Origin: Terriglobia bacterium
Lineage (GTDB): Bacteria; Acidobacteriota; Terriglobia; Terriglobales; Acidobacteriaceae
Assembly (NCBI GenBank): GCA_963814725.1
Contig: CAWFDY010000001.1
Span: forward strand, 26,780 to 90,779
Reading direction: 5' to 3'
DNA: 64,000 nucleotides
This document shows, piece after piece, positions 27,061 through 36,385 of the stretch (position 1 is its first letter; the number at the start of each line of letters is the position of its first letter). The notes beneath the pieces are model-generated. The model was not told the DNA's origin, made no database searches, and saw only the letters and a list, made by a program, of their open reading frames with translations. Made by a program: the position numbers and the translations under genes.

Positions 27061-27966
27061 TTGATTCACGAACAGACAATACGCACTCCGGTTGCTTGCA
27101 GCGGCATAGGGCTGCACAGCGGCGCTCCCGTAAAGCTGCGAATCCTGCCCGCGTCACCGGGGACAGGGGTGACCTTTCGCCGTACGGACCTCGATGGATT
27201 TGAACTCGAGGCCATCAGCAGAAACGTAGCCCGGGTCAGTTACGCGACCAGCTTGATGAAAAAGGGTGTGCTGATTTCCACCACCGAGCATCTGCTTTCA
27301 GCGTTGATCGGTTGCGGCATCGACAACGCGATTATTGAGCTGGACAACCTGGAGCTTCCGATTCTTGACGGCAGCGCGCTGCCGTTCGTCGAGGCGATTC
27401 TTAAGGCCGGCATTCGCAAGCAGAGGCGGCCTCGGACCTACCTGCGCATCTGTCGCGAACTGGAAGTGCGGGAGGGGGACAAATTTATCGCGGTGTATCC
27501 GGCGGAGACGTATTCGGTCTCGTATGCCATCAATTTCCCCCATCCTCTGATCGGAAAAGAAACCTTCAGAGTCGATCTCTCGGACGGAAATTATCGTACG
27601 CAGATTGCCGCGGCACGGACCTTTGGATTTCTACACGAAGCCGATGCCATGCGGCAGCAAGGCCTGATTCGGGGCGCGTCACAGGAAAACGCCATTGTGC
27701 TCACGCGCGACGGGCTGATGAATCCACCGCTGCGCTTTCCCGATGAATTCGTGCGGCACAAAGTTCTCGACCTCATTGGAGATCTGGCGCTGTTGGGCAA
27801 GCAGATTCTGGGCAACGTGGTCGCCGACCGGGCGGGCCACGCCATGCACACCGCATTGGTGTCTCGCATTCTGCGCGACCGGACGCTTTGGGAAGAGACC
27901 ACCGTCGAAGAGAACGTGGAAGAAGTCGTTCCCATGCTGCAGGCAGCAGCTCAGCCGGCAATCTAG
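27061..27966 (+). CDS. lpxC: UDP-3-O-acyl-N-acetylglucosamine deacetylase
   Basis: TEHLLSAL, FVRHKVLDLIGDLAL and HAMH motifs typical of LpxC. TTG start as in the ORF track. Confidence 0.92.
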   Translation: MIHEQTIRTPVACSGIGLHSGAPVKLRILPASPGTGVTFRRTDLDGFELEAISRNVARVSYATSLMKKGVLISTTEHLLSALIGCGIDNAIIELDNLELPILDGSALPFVEAILKAGIRKQRRPRTYLRICRELEVREGDKFIAVYPAETYSVSYAINFPHPLIGKETFRVDLSDGNYRTQIAAARTFGFLHEADAMRQQGLIRGASQENAIVLTRDGLMNPPLRFPDEFVRHKVLDLIGDLALLGKQILGNVVADRAGHAMHTALVSRILRDRTLWEETTVEENVEEVVPMLQAAAQPAI

Positions 27967-27967
27967 A

Positions 27968-28148
27968 GCGTGGGGCGGACACTCCTGTCCGCCGGGGTTG
28001 CAGTTAGTCTTGTTTAGCTCTTCGCGCTTCTTTTTCCCGTGCGATTCCCGTTGAAATTTTTCGGAGGGTATTTTCCGTTTCCGTCGGCCCTTCTAATCTC
28101 CTAGGAAATCAACGTCAAAGGCGGCGGACAGGAGTGTCCGCCCCATAC
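27968..28148. repeat. Family A bipartite inverted repeat with ~110-bp AT-richer spacer
   Basis: Arms at 27968-28000 and 28113-28148, both carrying GGCGGACA(N4)TGTCCGCC. Confidence 0.85.
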
Positions 28149-28156
28149 AGGTGAAT

Positions 28157-28387
28157 CTAATCCGCGGGGTGGGGTGTGGGATCGTTGGGATCCCAGTAGG
28201 AGCCTTCTTCCAGCAGCTTTTCCAGTTCCGCGCGGGCGTGTGCCGTCAGTTGGGCGGCGTAATTCTTGGCGGAGTACTGACGCTCGGGAGTCAACTCCGC
28301 GACCCTTCGGGCCAGGAGCGGCGCATCCTGTTCCAGCATGCGCACCAGACGTTGAGCGCGATCTATCCTTGTGTGAATCGACAGCAT
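28157..28387 (-). CDS. Small helical hypothetical protein (76 aa)
   Basis: ATG 28387 is preceded by GAGG. Lies downstream of the REC-PilZ gene on the same strand. No known motif. Confidence 0.45.
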   Translation of the reverse strand: MLSIHTRIDRAQRLVRMLEQDAPLLARRVAELTPERQYSAKNYAAQLTAHARAELEKLLEEGSYWDPNDPTPHPAD

Positions 28388-28521
28388 AGGACCTCGGTTG
28401 AAATTTCCTTTCCAGCCTGATGGGCGCGCCGGAAATGCGCAAGTCTCAAACTCGATACCGGAGGATTTGAGCGCGCAAACGGGACGGACAAGATAGGATG
28501 GCGGACTGGAGCGGAGGTGGA

Positions 28522-29217
28522 TTAACGAGAGTGCAGCGGCACTTTGTCGCACTGCTCGGCCAGCCAGCCGTCGAGTTGCGCTCGCGATTCCCTCGAGATC
28601 TCGATGAAGAGCAGGCCGGCGCGCCCGGAATCGTCGAGCCATGCGATCTGCACTTTGGGTTCAAGCGGCGTGGCCGCGCCCGGCAATTCGAAACGCACGG
28701 TCGAGACGCTGCCCCGGGGAAGGGGGCCGCGGAAGAAAACGGCGGTACCGCCCTCGCTGATATTGGTCAGCGTGATTTTGAGTTCACGCCCTTCGTCGAA
28801 CAAAAGCGTGGCCGGCATTTCCACGGGATGGCGGAAATAGCGGCGCCGCTCGCGCAACATGAAATCCACGGCAGCGTCGAAACAACGCTTCGCGTTGAGG
28901 GCAGAGATGGGTTTCTGCAAAACAAAATTCGCTCCCATCTGGAATGCCTGCTGCGTGGTGGTGCTTCCGTTAAGAATGGCGAAGGTGATGGAGTTCCGGT
29001 TGCTTGCGCTTTTACGCAAACCCTCCAGCACGGCGAGAGCGCCTTCCAGGTCGTCACAATCTACCAGGATGGCATCGAACTTTTCGGTGCGCAGGATTTC
29101 GTGGCCGGAGCTGACTCCGCGGCAGACCTCGACATCGATGGACAATTTTTCCAGGGCAGGCTTGACGATACGAATGACCTCGGGATCCCGGCTCAGCAGC
29201 ATCGATTCCAGCGGCAT
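28522..29217 (-). CDS. Receiver-like domain plus PilZ domain protein (c-di-GMP receptor)
   Basis: PilZ motifs RRYFR (RxxxR) and NISEGG ((D/N)xSxxG). N-terminal CheY-like fold with AILVDCD. Start at ATG 29217 or 29202. Confidence 0.8.
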   Translation of the reverse strand: MPLESMLLSRDPEVIRIVKPALEKLSIDVEVCRGVSSGHEILRTEKFDAILVDCDDLEGALAVLEGLRKSASNRNSITFAILNGSTTTQQAFQMGANFVLQKPISALNAKRCFDAAVDFMLRERRRYFRHPVEMPATLLFDEGRELKITLTNISEGGTAVFFRGPLPRGSVSTVRFELPGAATPLEPKVQIAWLDDSGRAGLLFIEISRESRAQLDGWLAEQCDKVPLHSR

Positions 29218-29353
29218 AGAAATTTTATGGTAGGCTTCCGCTTCAACGGTCTGAAAGTGACGAAAGTCATACGGAACTGGAACTTGAGGACAAGACTGCG
29301 CGACCTTTGCCCGATACGCCGGACTTCTTCCGGAAACAGGAAGCCGGCGGCGC

Positions 29354-29842
29354 ATGCTTAAGCGTGTCTATCTTTCGCTGGGCTCAAATATGGGCGAGCG
29401 GGAAGCCAATTTGAAGGCGGCCATCGAGAGCCTCGCTGCGCTCGGAAAAATAACCGCAATCTCATCGCTTTACGAGACTGAGCCGGTCGAATTCGCGGCC
29501 CAACCTTGGTTCCTGAATTGTGTGGTCGAACTGGAGACGGAAAAAATGCCCCGGCAACTGCTAGCGGCAATTCTGGACATTGAAAAAAGATTGGGAAGGC
29601 GGCGGGTACAGAAAAAAGGCCCGCGCACGCTGGATATCGACATACTTTTCTTTGGAAATTCGACGGTCAAGACTAAGGGACTCACGATCCCGCATCCCGC
29701 CATGCAGGAGCGCCGTTTTGTGCTCGAACCTCTCGCTGAAATTGCGCCTGAGATGCGCCATCCCATACTCAAACACACAATGCGAGAGCTAAAAGACGCG
29801 TTGCCGCCGGGGCAGACGGTAAGACGGCAGGAAAAAGCTTAG
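29354..29842 (+). CDS. folK: 2-amino-4-hydroxy-6-hydroxymethyldihydropteridine diphosphokinase (HPPK)
   Basis: YETEPV, RTLDIDIL and IPHPAMQERRFVLEPL motifs. Confidence 0.9.
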   Translation: MLKRVYLSLGSNMGEREANLKAAIESLAALGKITAISSLYETEPVEFAAQPWFLNCVVELETEKMPRQLLAAILDIEKRLGRRRVQKKGPRTLDIDILFFGNSTVKTKGLTIPHPAMQERRFVLEPLAEIAPEMRHPILKHTMRELKDALPPGQTVRRQEKA

Positions 29843-29973
29843 CCACGGATCACACGGATTCCCGCGGATTGTTTTAATCTTGCTGGATTGGCCTGTGGCT
29901 TCGATTAATGACTTGTCGGATTCAAGTGCTATCAGATTTATCTCGTTCAGATTTATCCGTGCGAATCCGTGGC
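29842..29973. repeat. CGGAT-rich repeat element with inverted ends GCCACGGAT / ATCCGTGGC
   Basis: Ends at 29842-29850 and 29965-29973. Internal CGGATT x4 and TCAGATTTATC x2. Confidence 0.6.
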
Positions 29974-29979
29974 CCGCGT

Positions 29980-30636
29980 TTAAGGGGTTATCAGCCGGCT
30001 GCCCGCTTCCTCGGGCGCGGCCAGGGCGAACGATTTCTCCGGGAACTGGGACAGAAGGAAATCGACGAACGCGCGCGACTTCGGCCTACCCGAGGTGCGT
30101 CCGTGGGCCATTCGCACCATGAAAACCAAGGCGCGTAATACGTCCGAATCGCGTAGTTGCACGTATCCGACGTGTTGCTGTTCGGCCGCGCGATATTCCT
30201 CGATCATCTTCTGTACTTCGGCTGCGACTGCCTGCTGATCGGCGCCGGCAATTGGATTCTCGTAATGCAATCCTGAATTAACCAGGGTTTCCCAGGTTTT
30301 TGCCATCGAGGCCAGCGCTGCGATGATGTCCGTATCCATCAGGCGGCGATCCGCGCGCACGCTTTTGGAAAGAGCGAAAGTCAAACCCATGATCAGATGC
30401 TCGTGCCGATAGAGAAACTGGTCTTCCACGTCCACCTGCACGAACAAGTCGGATGGGTTCAGGTCTCTCATGCTGCGCGGCTTTTCATGCTCGCGAGCCT
30501 GTTGAAGGTATACGCACTCGCTGGGACAATCGAGCGTGACCTCGCGCTGCTCTCCGCAGCACTGGGGACAGATCCGGCCGTGAATCGCAGGGCAGAATCT
30601 TTTCTCTTTGCGTTTTTCGCAAATTGCGCAGCTCAC
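29980..30636 (-). CDS. Hypothetical protein with N-terminal Cys-rich (8-Cys) module
   Basis: CAIC-x9-C-x7-C-x2-CC-x9-C-x3-C within the first 45 aa; the remainder is helical. Confidence 0.6.
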   Translation of the reverse strand: MSCAICEKRKEKRFCPAIHGRICPQCCGEQREVTLDCPSECVYLQQAREHEKPRSMRDLNPSDLFVQVDVEDQFLYRHEHLIMGLTFALSKSVRADRRLMDTDIIAALASMAKTWETLVNSGLHYENPIAGADQQAVAAEVQKMIEEYRAAEQQHVGYVQLRDSDVLRALVFMVRMAHGRTSGRPKSRAFVDFLLSQFPEKSFALAAPEEAGSRLITP

Positions 30637-30681
30637 GGGGCAATCTCCGAAGTCATTATGACATCAGTTATCCATGTAAGC

Positions 30682-30762
30682 GCGGGCGCGAGCGCTCGTG
30701 CTTTTTTTCCTTACGTGTCACGGGCAGTGCCTGCACGAGCGTGGACGCTCGCGCCCACATGG
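30682..30762. repeat. Family B inverted pair (short left unit, full right unit)
   Basis: GCGGGCGCGAGCGCTCGTGC (30682-30701) and GCACGAGCGTGGACGCTCGCGCCCACAT (30733-30760). Confidence 0.75.
30686..30708 (+). terminator. Intrinsic-terminator-like hairpin plus T7 with no upstream + strand gene
   Basis: GCGCGA-GCGC-TCGTGC followed by TTTTTTT. Confidence 0.35.
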
Positions 30763-30940
30763 GCTGAATGGGCCGATTTGGGACCAAGGCTCGCGAATGA
30801 ACGCGGATTTCGCGGCCTTTTGCGAGGTCGAGGTCCACAAATCCGCATAAAACGCGGCTGAAACGTCGCTTTTCCACAGAACGCTGGTATAAGATAGCCG
30901 CACACCGCAGGAAAATTTTAGGAAATTTACAGGAGGCTTC

Positions 30941-31234
30941 ATGGCTTCAGGTCTGACCAAGACACAGCTCGTCCGCCATCTGGCGGAGAAAATCGAGACC
31001 AACAACAAGACCGCAGCAGCATTTCTCGAGCAACTGACCGACGTCGCTGTCAAAGAGACCAAGAAGAACGGCATCTTCGTGATCCCCGGACTGGGACGCC
31101 TGGTGAAGGCCCATCGCAAGGCCCGCCTGGGGCGCAATCCTCAAACGGGTGAACCGATCCAGATCAAAGCCAAGACAGTGGTGAAATTCCGCGTCGCCAA
31201 AGCTGCCAAAGACGCCATCGCACCCAAGAAGTAG
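30941..31234 (+). CDS. hup: HU-family DNA-binding protein
   Basis: GRNPQTGEPIQIKA beta-arm motif, 97 aa, AGGAGG before the ATG. Confidence 0.92.
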   Translation: MASGLTKTQLVRHLAEKIETNNKTAAAFLEQLTDVAVKETKKNGIFVIPGLGRLVKAHRKARLGRNPQTGEPIQIKAKTVVKFRVAKAAKDAIAPKK

Positions 31235-31256
31235 TTTTCGTTTTCCGTTCTGTATG

Positions 31257-31285
31257 AAGGCCGGCTGAGAAGCCGGCCTTTGGTG
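31257..31285. terminator. Hairpin terminator between convergent genes
   Basis: AAGGCCGGCT-GAGA-AGCCGGCCTT, then TGGTGT. Confidence 0.6.
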
Positions 31286-31309
31286 TCTGCAGCGGAAAAA
31301 TCCGTCCCG

Positions 31310-32629
31310 CTATTTTACGTAATCGTTTTTCACTACTTCTCCGCTCTTCATCACGAATCTAACTCGTTCGAGCGTGGTGACGTTTTGCAGCGGATCGCCA
31401 TCGACGGCGATGATGTCGGCCCACTTGCCTGGCTCAATTGCGCCCATCCTGTCTGACCACCCCAGCAGATCAGCGGCGTTGATCGTCGCCGACTGAATGG
31501 ATTGCAATGGGCTGAGCCCCAGCTTCACCATGACGGCAAATTCGTGCGCGTTAAGTCCGTGCGGATACACGGCCGCGTCCGTGCCGAATGCGACCTTCAC
31601 TCCGCTGGCGAAAGCGTGGGCGATGTTCTTGCGCGCCGCCGGCATGACTTCCCTGCCCTTGGCGATCATCTCCGGCGGGACGTGCAAGCGATCGGCGTTG
31701 GCCAGAAACCAGTCAGCCAGATAGAGAGTCGGCACCAGATAGGTGCCATTCTTTTTCATCTCCGCGATGCCGGCATCGTCGATGTAGGAACCGTGTTCGA
31801 TGGAATCGACGCCGGCCTCGGATGCCCATAGAATGCCCTGCGCTCCGTGCGCGTGCGCGGCGACTTTGCGTCCCAGGCGATGAGCATCGGCCACGATCGC
31901 CTTCATCTCCTCGAGGGTGTACTGCGAGGCTTGAGGATTATCGCCGTGCGAGAGCACACCACCCGTGGCGCATATCTTGATGAGGTCGGCGCCGTATTTG
32001 ATCGTCTCGCGGACTTTGTGCTGGACGCTTTCTACGCCGTCGGCGACACCTTCCGCGGCAACGTGATATTCAGACGGGAGCAGGTTCTCGTCGCAGTGTC
32101 CGCCGGTGATGCCAAGGGGTGGTCCGCTGACCAGCATGTGCGGTCCGGGGACGTCGCCCGCGTTGATGGCATCGCGCAGCGCCACGTCGCTGTAACCCGC
32201 TGCTCCGACATTGCGCACGGTAGTGAAGCCGGCTTCCAACGTGAGGCGCGCGTTATGCGCGCCAGTCAGGGCGGAGCGCGGAATGGAGATACCCAGTTCC
32301 TGGTAGCCAACATCCTGAGGATTGCCGGTCAGGTGCGTGTGAGCATCGGTGAGTCCCGGCAGGACCGTGGCGCCCGGAAGATCGATAACACGATCTCCCG
32401 CCGAGCGACTGGCCTGGGCGAAGGCGCCGACGCTGACGATCTTGTCGCCTTCAATGACAATCGCCTGATCGCTAAGAGTCTTGCCGCTGCGTACGTCCAG
32501 AAATTTTCCCGCGTGAACGATGACACGCGTGGCCGGCGGAGCGGCGGGTTCCTGCGCAAATGCGAGAACGTTTAAGAGGAGGCAGGCAAGAATGAGGCTG
32601 ACAGTTTTATTCCTGGATGTTTTCTTCAT
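31310..32629 (-). CDS. Secreted amidohydrolase-family metallohydrolase (paralog 1)
   Basis: Signal peptide, DAHTH metal motif, overall similarity to 34526-35830. Confidence 0.85.
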   Translation of the reverse strand: MKKTSRNKTVSLILACLLLNVLAFAQEPAAPPATRVIVHAGKFLDVRSGKTLSDQAIVIEGDKIVSVGAFAQASRSAGDRVIDLPGATVLPGLTDAHTHLTGNPQDVGYQELGISIPRSALTGAHNARLTLEAGFTTVRNVGAAGYSDVALRDAINAGDVPGPHMLVSGPPLGITGGHCDENLLPSEYHVAAEGVADGVESVQHKVRETIKYGADLIKICATGGVLSHGDNPQASQYTLEEMKAIVADAHRLGRKVAAHAHGAQGILWASEAGVDSIEHGSYIDDAGIAEMKKNGTYLVPTLYLADWFLANADRLHVPPEMIAKGREVMPAARKNIAHAFASGVKVAFGTDAAVYPHGLNAHEFAVMVKLGLSPLQSIQSATINAADLLGWSDRMGAIEPGKWADIIAVDGDPLQNVTTLERVRFVMKSGEVVKNDYVK

Positions 32630-32845
32630 TTATTTCCTCGTTGAGTTTTTGGTCTCCACGCACGGAGATATTGCTGGAATCGGGCGAGGGTAAACTTGGA
32701 TCCGAACATTTGTATTGTCCGAAGGGCGGGAAGGGCGCCGATGCGGCTATGCGAACCACCACGATGGTATGGGGCAGGGTGCCAGAAAGTTTGCGCATCA
32801 GGTTTTGTATTCTAACCGGATGTCGAGCGGGAGATCGCGCGCAAA

Positions 32846-33484
32846 TTAAACATTCGAAGGCAGGGGCTCCGTAGCTGATCTACAGGTTCGGACGATGGCT
32901 CCGCCAGCGGCAATTGCGACCCAACCGGCAAATTGCCAGGGCAGCATCCCAAGGAAGAAGTACTGCGCGCGGGCCAATAACACGAACAAAGCAGTGCCGG
33001 CCATCGAACACAGGATCAGACTCAGCATCGTGGTTGCAGCCATCTCTCGCCCTTTGGCAAACAAACCGACGATGCACCCAACCAGCATCGACAAGATGAC
33101 GCGGCCGATCTCAATCCCAGTTGACGCGAAGAATAAATAAAGGTTGAAGTGATGATCGAAAACCCGGTATCTGATGAGGACGGCGAAGATTGCGATTTCT
33201 TCCACCCTAAACCCGAATTGCATCAGGAAAAAACCGAGGACCACCGCTGCGGCAGTTGACCACGGAGCAATCCGGAATGCGCTGCACGTAAGATGCGTGA
33301 TCGTTCTCACTGTCTGCCGCCAGTACCAGCTTCGAGCCGCGGCAACTCCCGATCGCGACACGAGCGCGGAAAATTCCTCGAGCAGGTCTCCCTGGATCGA
33401 TTCCGCCGCTTCAGCGGGAGCGAATAGATTGACAAGCCAGGCTGCAATGCGCGGCGGGCGAAAATAATGTGCTGGAGATGTCAT
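32846..33484 (-). CDS. Membrane protein with permease-prefix N-terminus (PadR-associated)
   Basis: N-terminus AESIQGDLLEEF, four TM helices, 4-nt overlap (ATGA) with the PadR gene. Confidence 0.7.
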   Translation of the reverse strand: MTSPAHYFRPPRIAAWLVNLFAPAEAAESIQGDLLEEFSALVSRSGVAAARSWYWRQTVRTITHLTCSAFRIAPWSTAAAVVLGFFLMQFGFRVEEIAIFAVLIRYRVFDHHFNLYLFFASTGIEIGRVILSMLVGCIVGLFAKGREMAATTMLSLILCSMAGTALFVLLARAQYFFLGMLPWQFAGWVAIAAGGAIVRTCRSATEPLPSNV

Positions 33485-33813
33485 GAGTAGCTCCGGATCA
33501 GGTCGATACCTTCGGTCATGCTGCGAAGTGCGCGGTGGGTGCGGTTTACAGCCGCCACTCCCTGCGGTGTGACCTGGAAGAAGCGTTTTGAACGTCCGCC
33601 ACGTTCCGGCGTGGGATCGCCGAGGCGGGACTTGACGTAGCCTTTCGTCTGCAGACGATCAAGGGTGGCATAGACGGCGCCGATTGAAACCTCGCGGCGA
33701 GTGCGAAGTTCGATCTCCTGCCTTACGGTGACTCCATAGGCTCGATCTTCGAGCCGCAGCAGTGCGAGGACGATGATGTGCTCAAATTCGCCGAGATAAT
33801 CGCGCGCAGGCAT
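33481..33813 (-). CDS. PadR-family transcriptional regulator
   Basis: Winged-helix pattern HIIVLALL..YGV....I.....S.GAVYATLDRLQTKGYV; 110 aa. Confidence 0.9.
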   Translation of the reverse strand: MPARDYLGEFEHIIVLALLRLEDRAYGVTVRQEIELRTRREVSIGAVYATLDRLQTKGYVKSRLGDPTPERGGRSKRFFQVTPQGVAAVNRTHRALRSMTEGIDLIRSYS

Positions 33814-33815
33814 TA

Positions 33816-33830
33816 TCTATACAATATAGA
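33816..33830. promoter_or_regulatory. Palindrome TCTATA-CAA-TATAGA, 2 nt upstream of the PadR start codon
   Basis: Perfect 6-3-6 dyad containing TATA-type hexamers. No Shine-Dalgarno is possible in the 2-nt gap. Confidence 0.45.
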
Positions 33831-33886
33831 GCAAATGGCGGACGGTCAAACGATGCGGTGTAGTGGGTCGTTGCTGAAACCATGAA

Positions 33887-33914
33887 ACACGAAGGACACG
33901 AAGGTACACGAAGG
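33887..33914. repeat. Triple tandem ACACGAAGG motif
   Basis: ACACGAAGG at 33887, 33896 and 33906. Confidence 0.8.
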
Positions 33915-33931
33915 AATAAAGGTTATGGAAT

Positions 33932-34369
33932 CTAGCCGCCGGGCCCGTCATTGGTGACGTACTGCTCGAGTGAATCGAGTTCGTGGCTGAGGTCGTCGAT
34001 GCGCTGCTCCAGCAGGTTGCGAATGGAGAGCATGCCCAGCAGCTTGCCGGAATCATCGACTACAGGCAGATGGCGAAAGTGCTGCTCGATCATGATGGCC
34101 AGAGCCTCACCCGGCCGGGTGGAGGTGGTCGCCAGTTCAACCGGCGTGGTCATGAGTTCGCGCACGGGCGTGGCCTCGGGATTGCGGCCAGTCAGGGAGA
34201 GCTTGCGCAAAACATCGCGCTCGGAAAAGATGCCCGCCACGCGGCCTTCATCGTCCAGCACGGCCACAGCTCCGACGTGCCGGTCAAGCATCAGGCGGAT
34301 GGCAACCGCCGCACTCACTTCGACGCCTACCGAAGCCGCGTCGGCATCGCACAGTTCGAGGACACTCAT
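33932..34369 (-). CDS. CBS domain pair protein
   Basis: Two CBS motifs (..VGAVAVLDDEGRVAGIFSERD.., ..HLPVVDDSGKLLGMLSIRN..). GGGAGG lies 5 nt before ATG 34369. Confidence 0.8.
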   Translation of the reverse strand: MSVLELCDADAASVGVEVSAAVAIRLMLDRHVGAVAVLDDEGRVAGIFSERDVLRKLSLTGRNPEATPVRELMTTPVELATTSTRPGEALAIMIEQHFRHLPVVDDSGKLLGMLSIRNLLEQRIDDLSHELDSLEQYVTNDGPGG

Positions 34370-34525
34370 CGAAACCTCCCAGGCAATCAGAGAATTCCGC
34401 ATTATGACTTGCGCGAGAATAGTGTCAAGGATATTCAGCATCCTCGGCGCTGTCTGCAATTAAAGATTTCTGACGACGCAACCGGGAGCGCAGCCTTTAC
34501 CGCAAGCGACACCAAGAAAACCCGC

Positions 34526-35830
34526 TCACTTAACTTCGTTCTTGAAGACACTGCCGTCTTTCATGACAAAAGTCACGGTTCCGAGGACGTTGAGATCGCG
34601 CAACGGATCGCCGTTGACCGCGACGATGTCGGCGTAAGCTCCGGGCGCGACCACGCCGATCTGGCCTGCCATGTCGAGCATCTCGGCGGGGCGTGAAGTG
34701 GCGCTTTTGATAATCTCCATGGGCGTCATGCCGAACTCCGCCATGCGGGGAAATTCCTGCGCGATCGGCTCCGTCCAGGGGATGCCGCCGATGTCGGTGC
34801 CGAAAACTATTTTCACTCCTGCCTTCAACGCCTTCTGGAACGAGACCCCGTGGTCCGAGGCGCGTCTGCGGTCGCGCTCGCCGTTCGGCGTGCCGGCCGG
34901 GGCCCAGTCGTGATAGTAAGCAGCAAGCGTGGCGCAGTACCAGGTGCCTTGCTTCACCATCTGTGCAATTTGCGCATCCGTGATTTCGAGGCCATGTTCG
35001 AGCGAGTCGCAGCCTCCGTCGAGCGCGCGTTGCAGGCCGATTCCGTTGTAGGCATGGCAAGCCACTTTCTTGCCCCAGCCGTGAGCCTCGTCCACGATCG
35101 CTTTCAGCTCTTCCACGGTGAGCGTCGGTTGTGAAATTAGTTCGCCATGCTTTCCCACCCACGAACGATGCGTCATGTACACCTTGATCCAGTCGGCGCC
35201 GTGGTCAAGCTGTTCGCGTGCTGCCTTGCGCGCTTCGACCGGACCATCAATGATCTGTGCGCCCTTCGGCATCACCAGTTCGGGCGCGTAGCCTTCAAGG
35301 TTGTAGCCACCGGTGGTCGAGATGGCGCGGGTGACCACAAACAACCGCGGCCCAGGAATGTATCCGCCTTCGATGGCCTCTTTGATTCCTATGTCGCCGT
35401 AACCTGCGCCCTCAGTCTCAAGATCGCGAAGCGTGGTGAAACCCTGCTCCAGCGCGCGCCGGGCTGCCACCGTGGCCCGAGCGGCGCGAAAGGCCAGCGG
35501 ATATTTGAGGATGTTGGCGTCGTAGCCCCCCTGGGCCGGGTCCTCACCTTGGAGGAAGATATGAGTGTGCGAATCAATCAGGCCGGGCAGGACGGTGGCG
35601 TGGGAGAGATCGATGATGGCCGCGCCCGCGGGGACCTTCGCGGAGGCAGCATCGGAGACGCTCTCGATGCGGTTGCCACGAATGACGATGACCTGATCGT
35701 GGCGCGCCTGGTCAGACTTGCCATCGATGAGGACGCCGGCGCGAATGGCGGTGACGGCCGGCGGTGTGGTCTGGGAGAAAACGGACGGGACGAGAGCAAA
35801 CGCAAAAATCAATTTGAATAGAGATCGCAT
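34526..35830 (-). CDS. Secreted amidohydrolase-family metallohydrolase (paralog 2)
   Basis: Signal peptide MRSLFKLIFAFALVPSVFSQ and DSHTH motif. Collinear with 31310-32629. Confidence 0.85.
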   Translation of the reverse strand: MRSLFKLIFAFALVPSVFSQTTPPAVTAIRAGVLIDGKSDQARHDQVIVIRGNRIESVSDAASAKVPAGAAIIDLSHATVLPGLIDSHTHIFLQGEDPAQGGYDANILKYPLAFRAARATVAARRALEQGFTTLRDLETEGAGYGDIGIKEAIEGGYIPGPRLFVVTRAISTTGGYNLEGYAPELVMPKGAQIIDGPVEARKAAREQLDHGADWIKVYMTHRSWVGKHGELISQPTLTVEELKAIVDEAHGWGKKVACHAYNGIGLQRALDGGCDSLEHGLEITDAQIAQMVKQGTWYCATLAAYYHDWAPAGTPNGERDRRRASDHGVSFQKALKAGVKIVFGTDIGGIPWTEPIAQEFPRMAEFGMTPMEIIKSATSRPAEMLDMAGQIGVVAPGAYADIVAVNGDPLRDLNVLGTVTFVMKDGSVFKNEVK

Positions 35831-35943
35831 GTCCACCTCTTCGCTTCGGGTGGGCATGATACATCAGGACGCCCGGTCGATGTGGGGCGGGCGCCATCGC
35901 CCGCCGGACTTGAACTGCTTTTGGGTTTTTCCGTCAACATCCA

Positions 35944-35979
35944 AGTCAAAAGCGGCAGACGAGGGCGTCCGCCCCACAG
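35944..35979. repeat. Family A half element (degenerate)
   Basis: AGTCAAAAGCGGCAGACGAGGGCGTCCGCCCCACAG. Confidence 0.6.
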
Positions 35980-35995
35980 CTTCAACCCCACGCCT

Positions 35996-36385
35996 TCAAC
36001 CCGCGATCACAGCATCGGCTTCGATCTCGACGAGCATTTCCGGCGAAATCAGCGCGCTCACCTGGACCATGGAAGTTGCCGGACGTATCTCACTGAAAAA
36101 CTCTCCGTGGGCTTTGCCGATTTTTTCCCATTCGGCAATGTTGATGACGAACATTCGCGTGCGTACTACATCCTTCAGCGTAGCGCCCGCCTTCAACAGG
36201 GCCGACTCGATGTTCTTCAGGGTCTGGATGGTTTGAGCACGAGCATCGCCCACGCCGACGACTTTTCCGTCGGGTCCGGTGGCGGTAGTGCCGGACACGT
36301 GCACGTGCGATCCCACCTTAACCGCACGAGAGTAACCGACAACGGGTTCCCAGGGTGCGCCGCTCGAAATGTTGGTTCGTTCCAT
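35996..36385 (-). CDS. RidA/YjgF-family protein
   Basis: [18 protein letters not shown].., ..ATSMVQV..L.....[14 protein letters not shown] lies before ATG 36385. Confidence 0.85.
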   Translation of the reverse strand: MERTNISSGAPWEPVVGYSRAVKVGSHVHVSGTTATGPDGKVVGVGDARAQTIQTLKNIESALLKAGATLKDVVRTRMFVINIAEWEKIGKAHGEFFSEIRPATSMVQVSALISPEMLVEIEADAVIAG

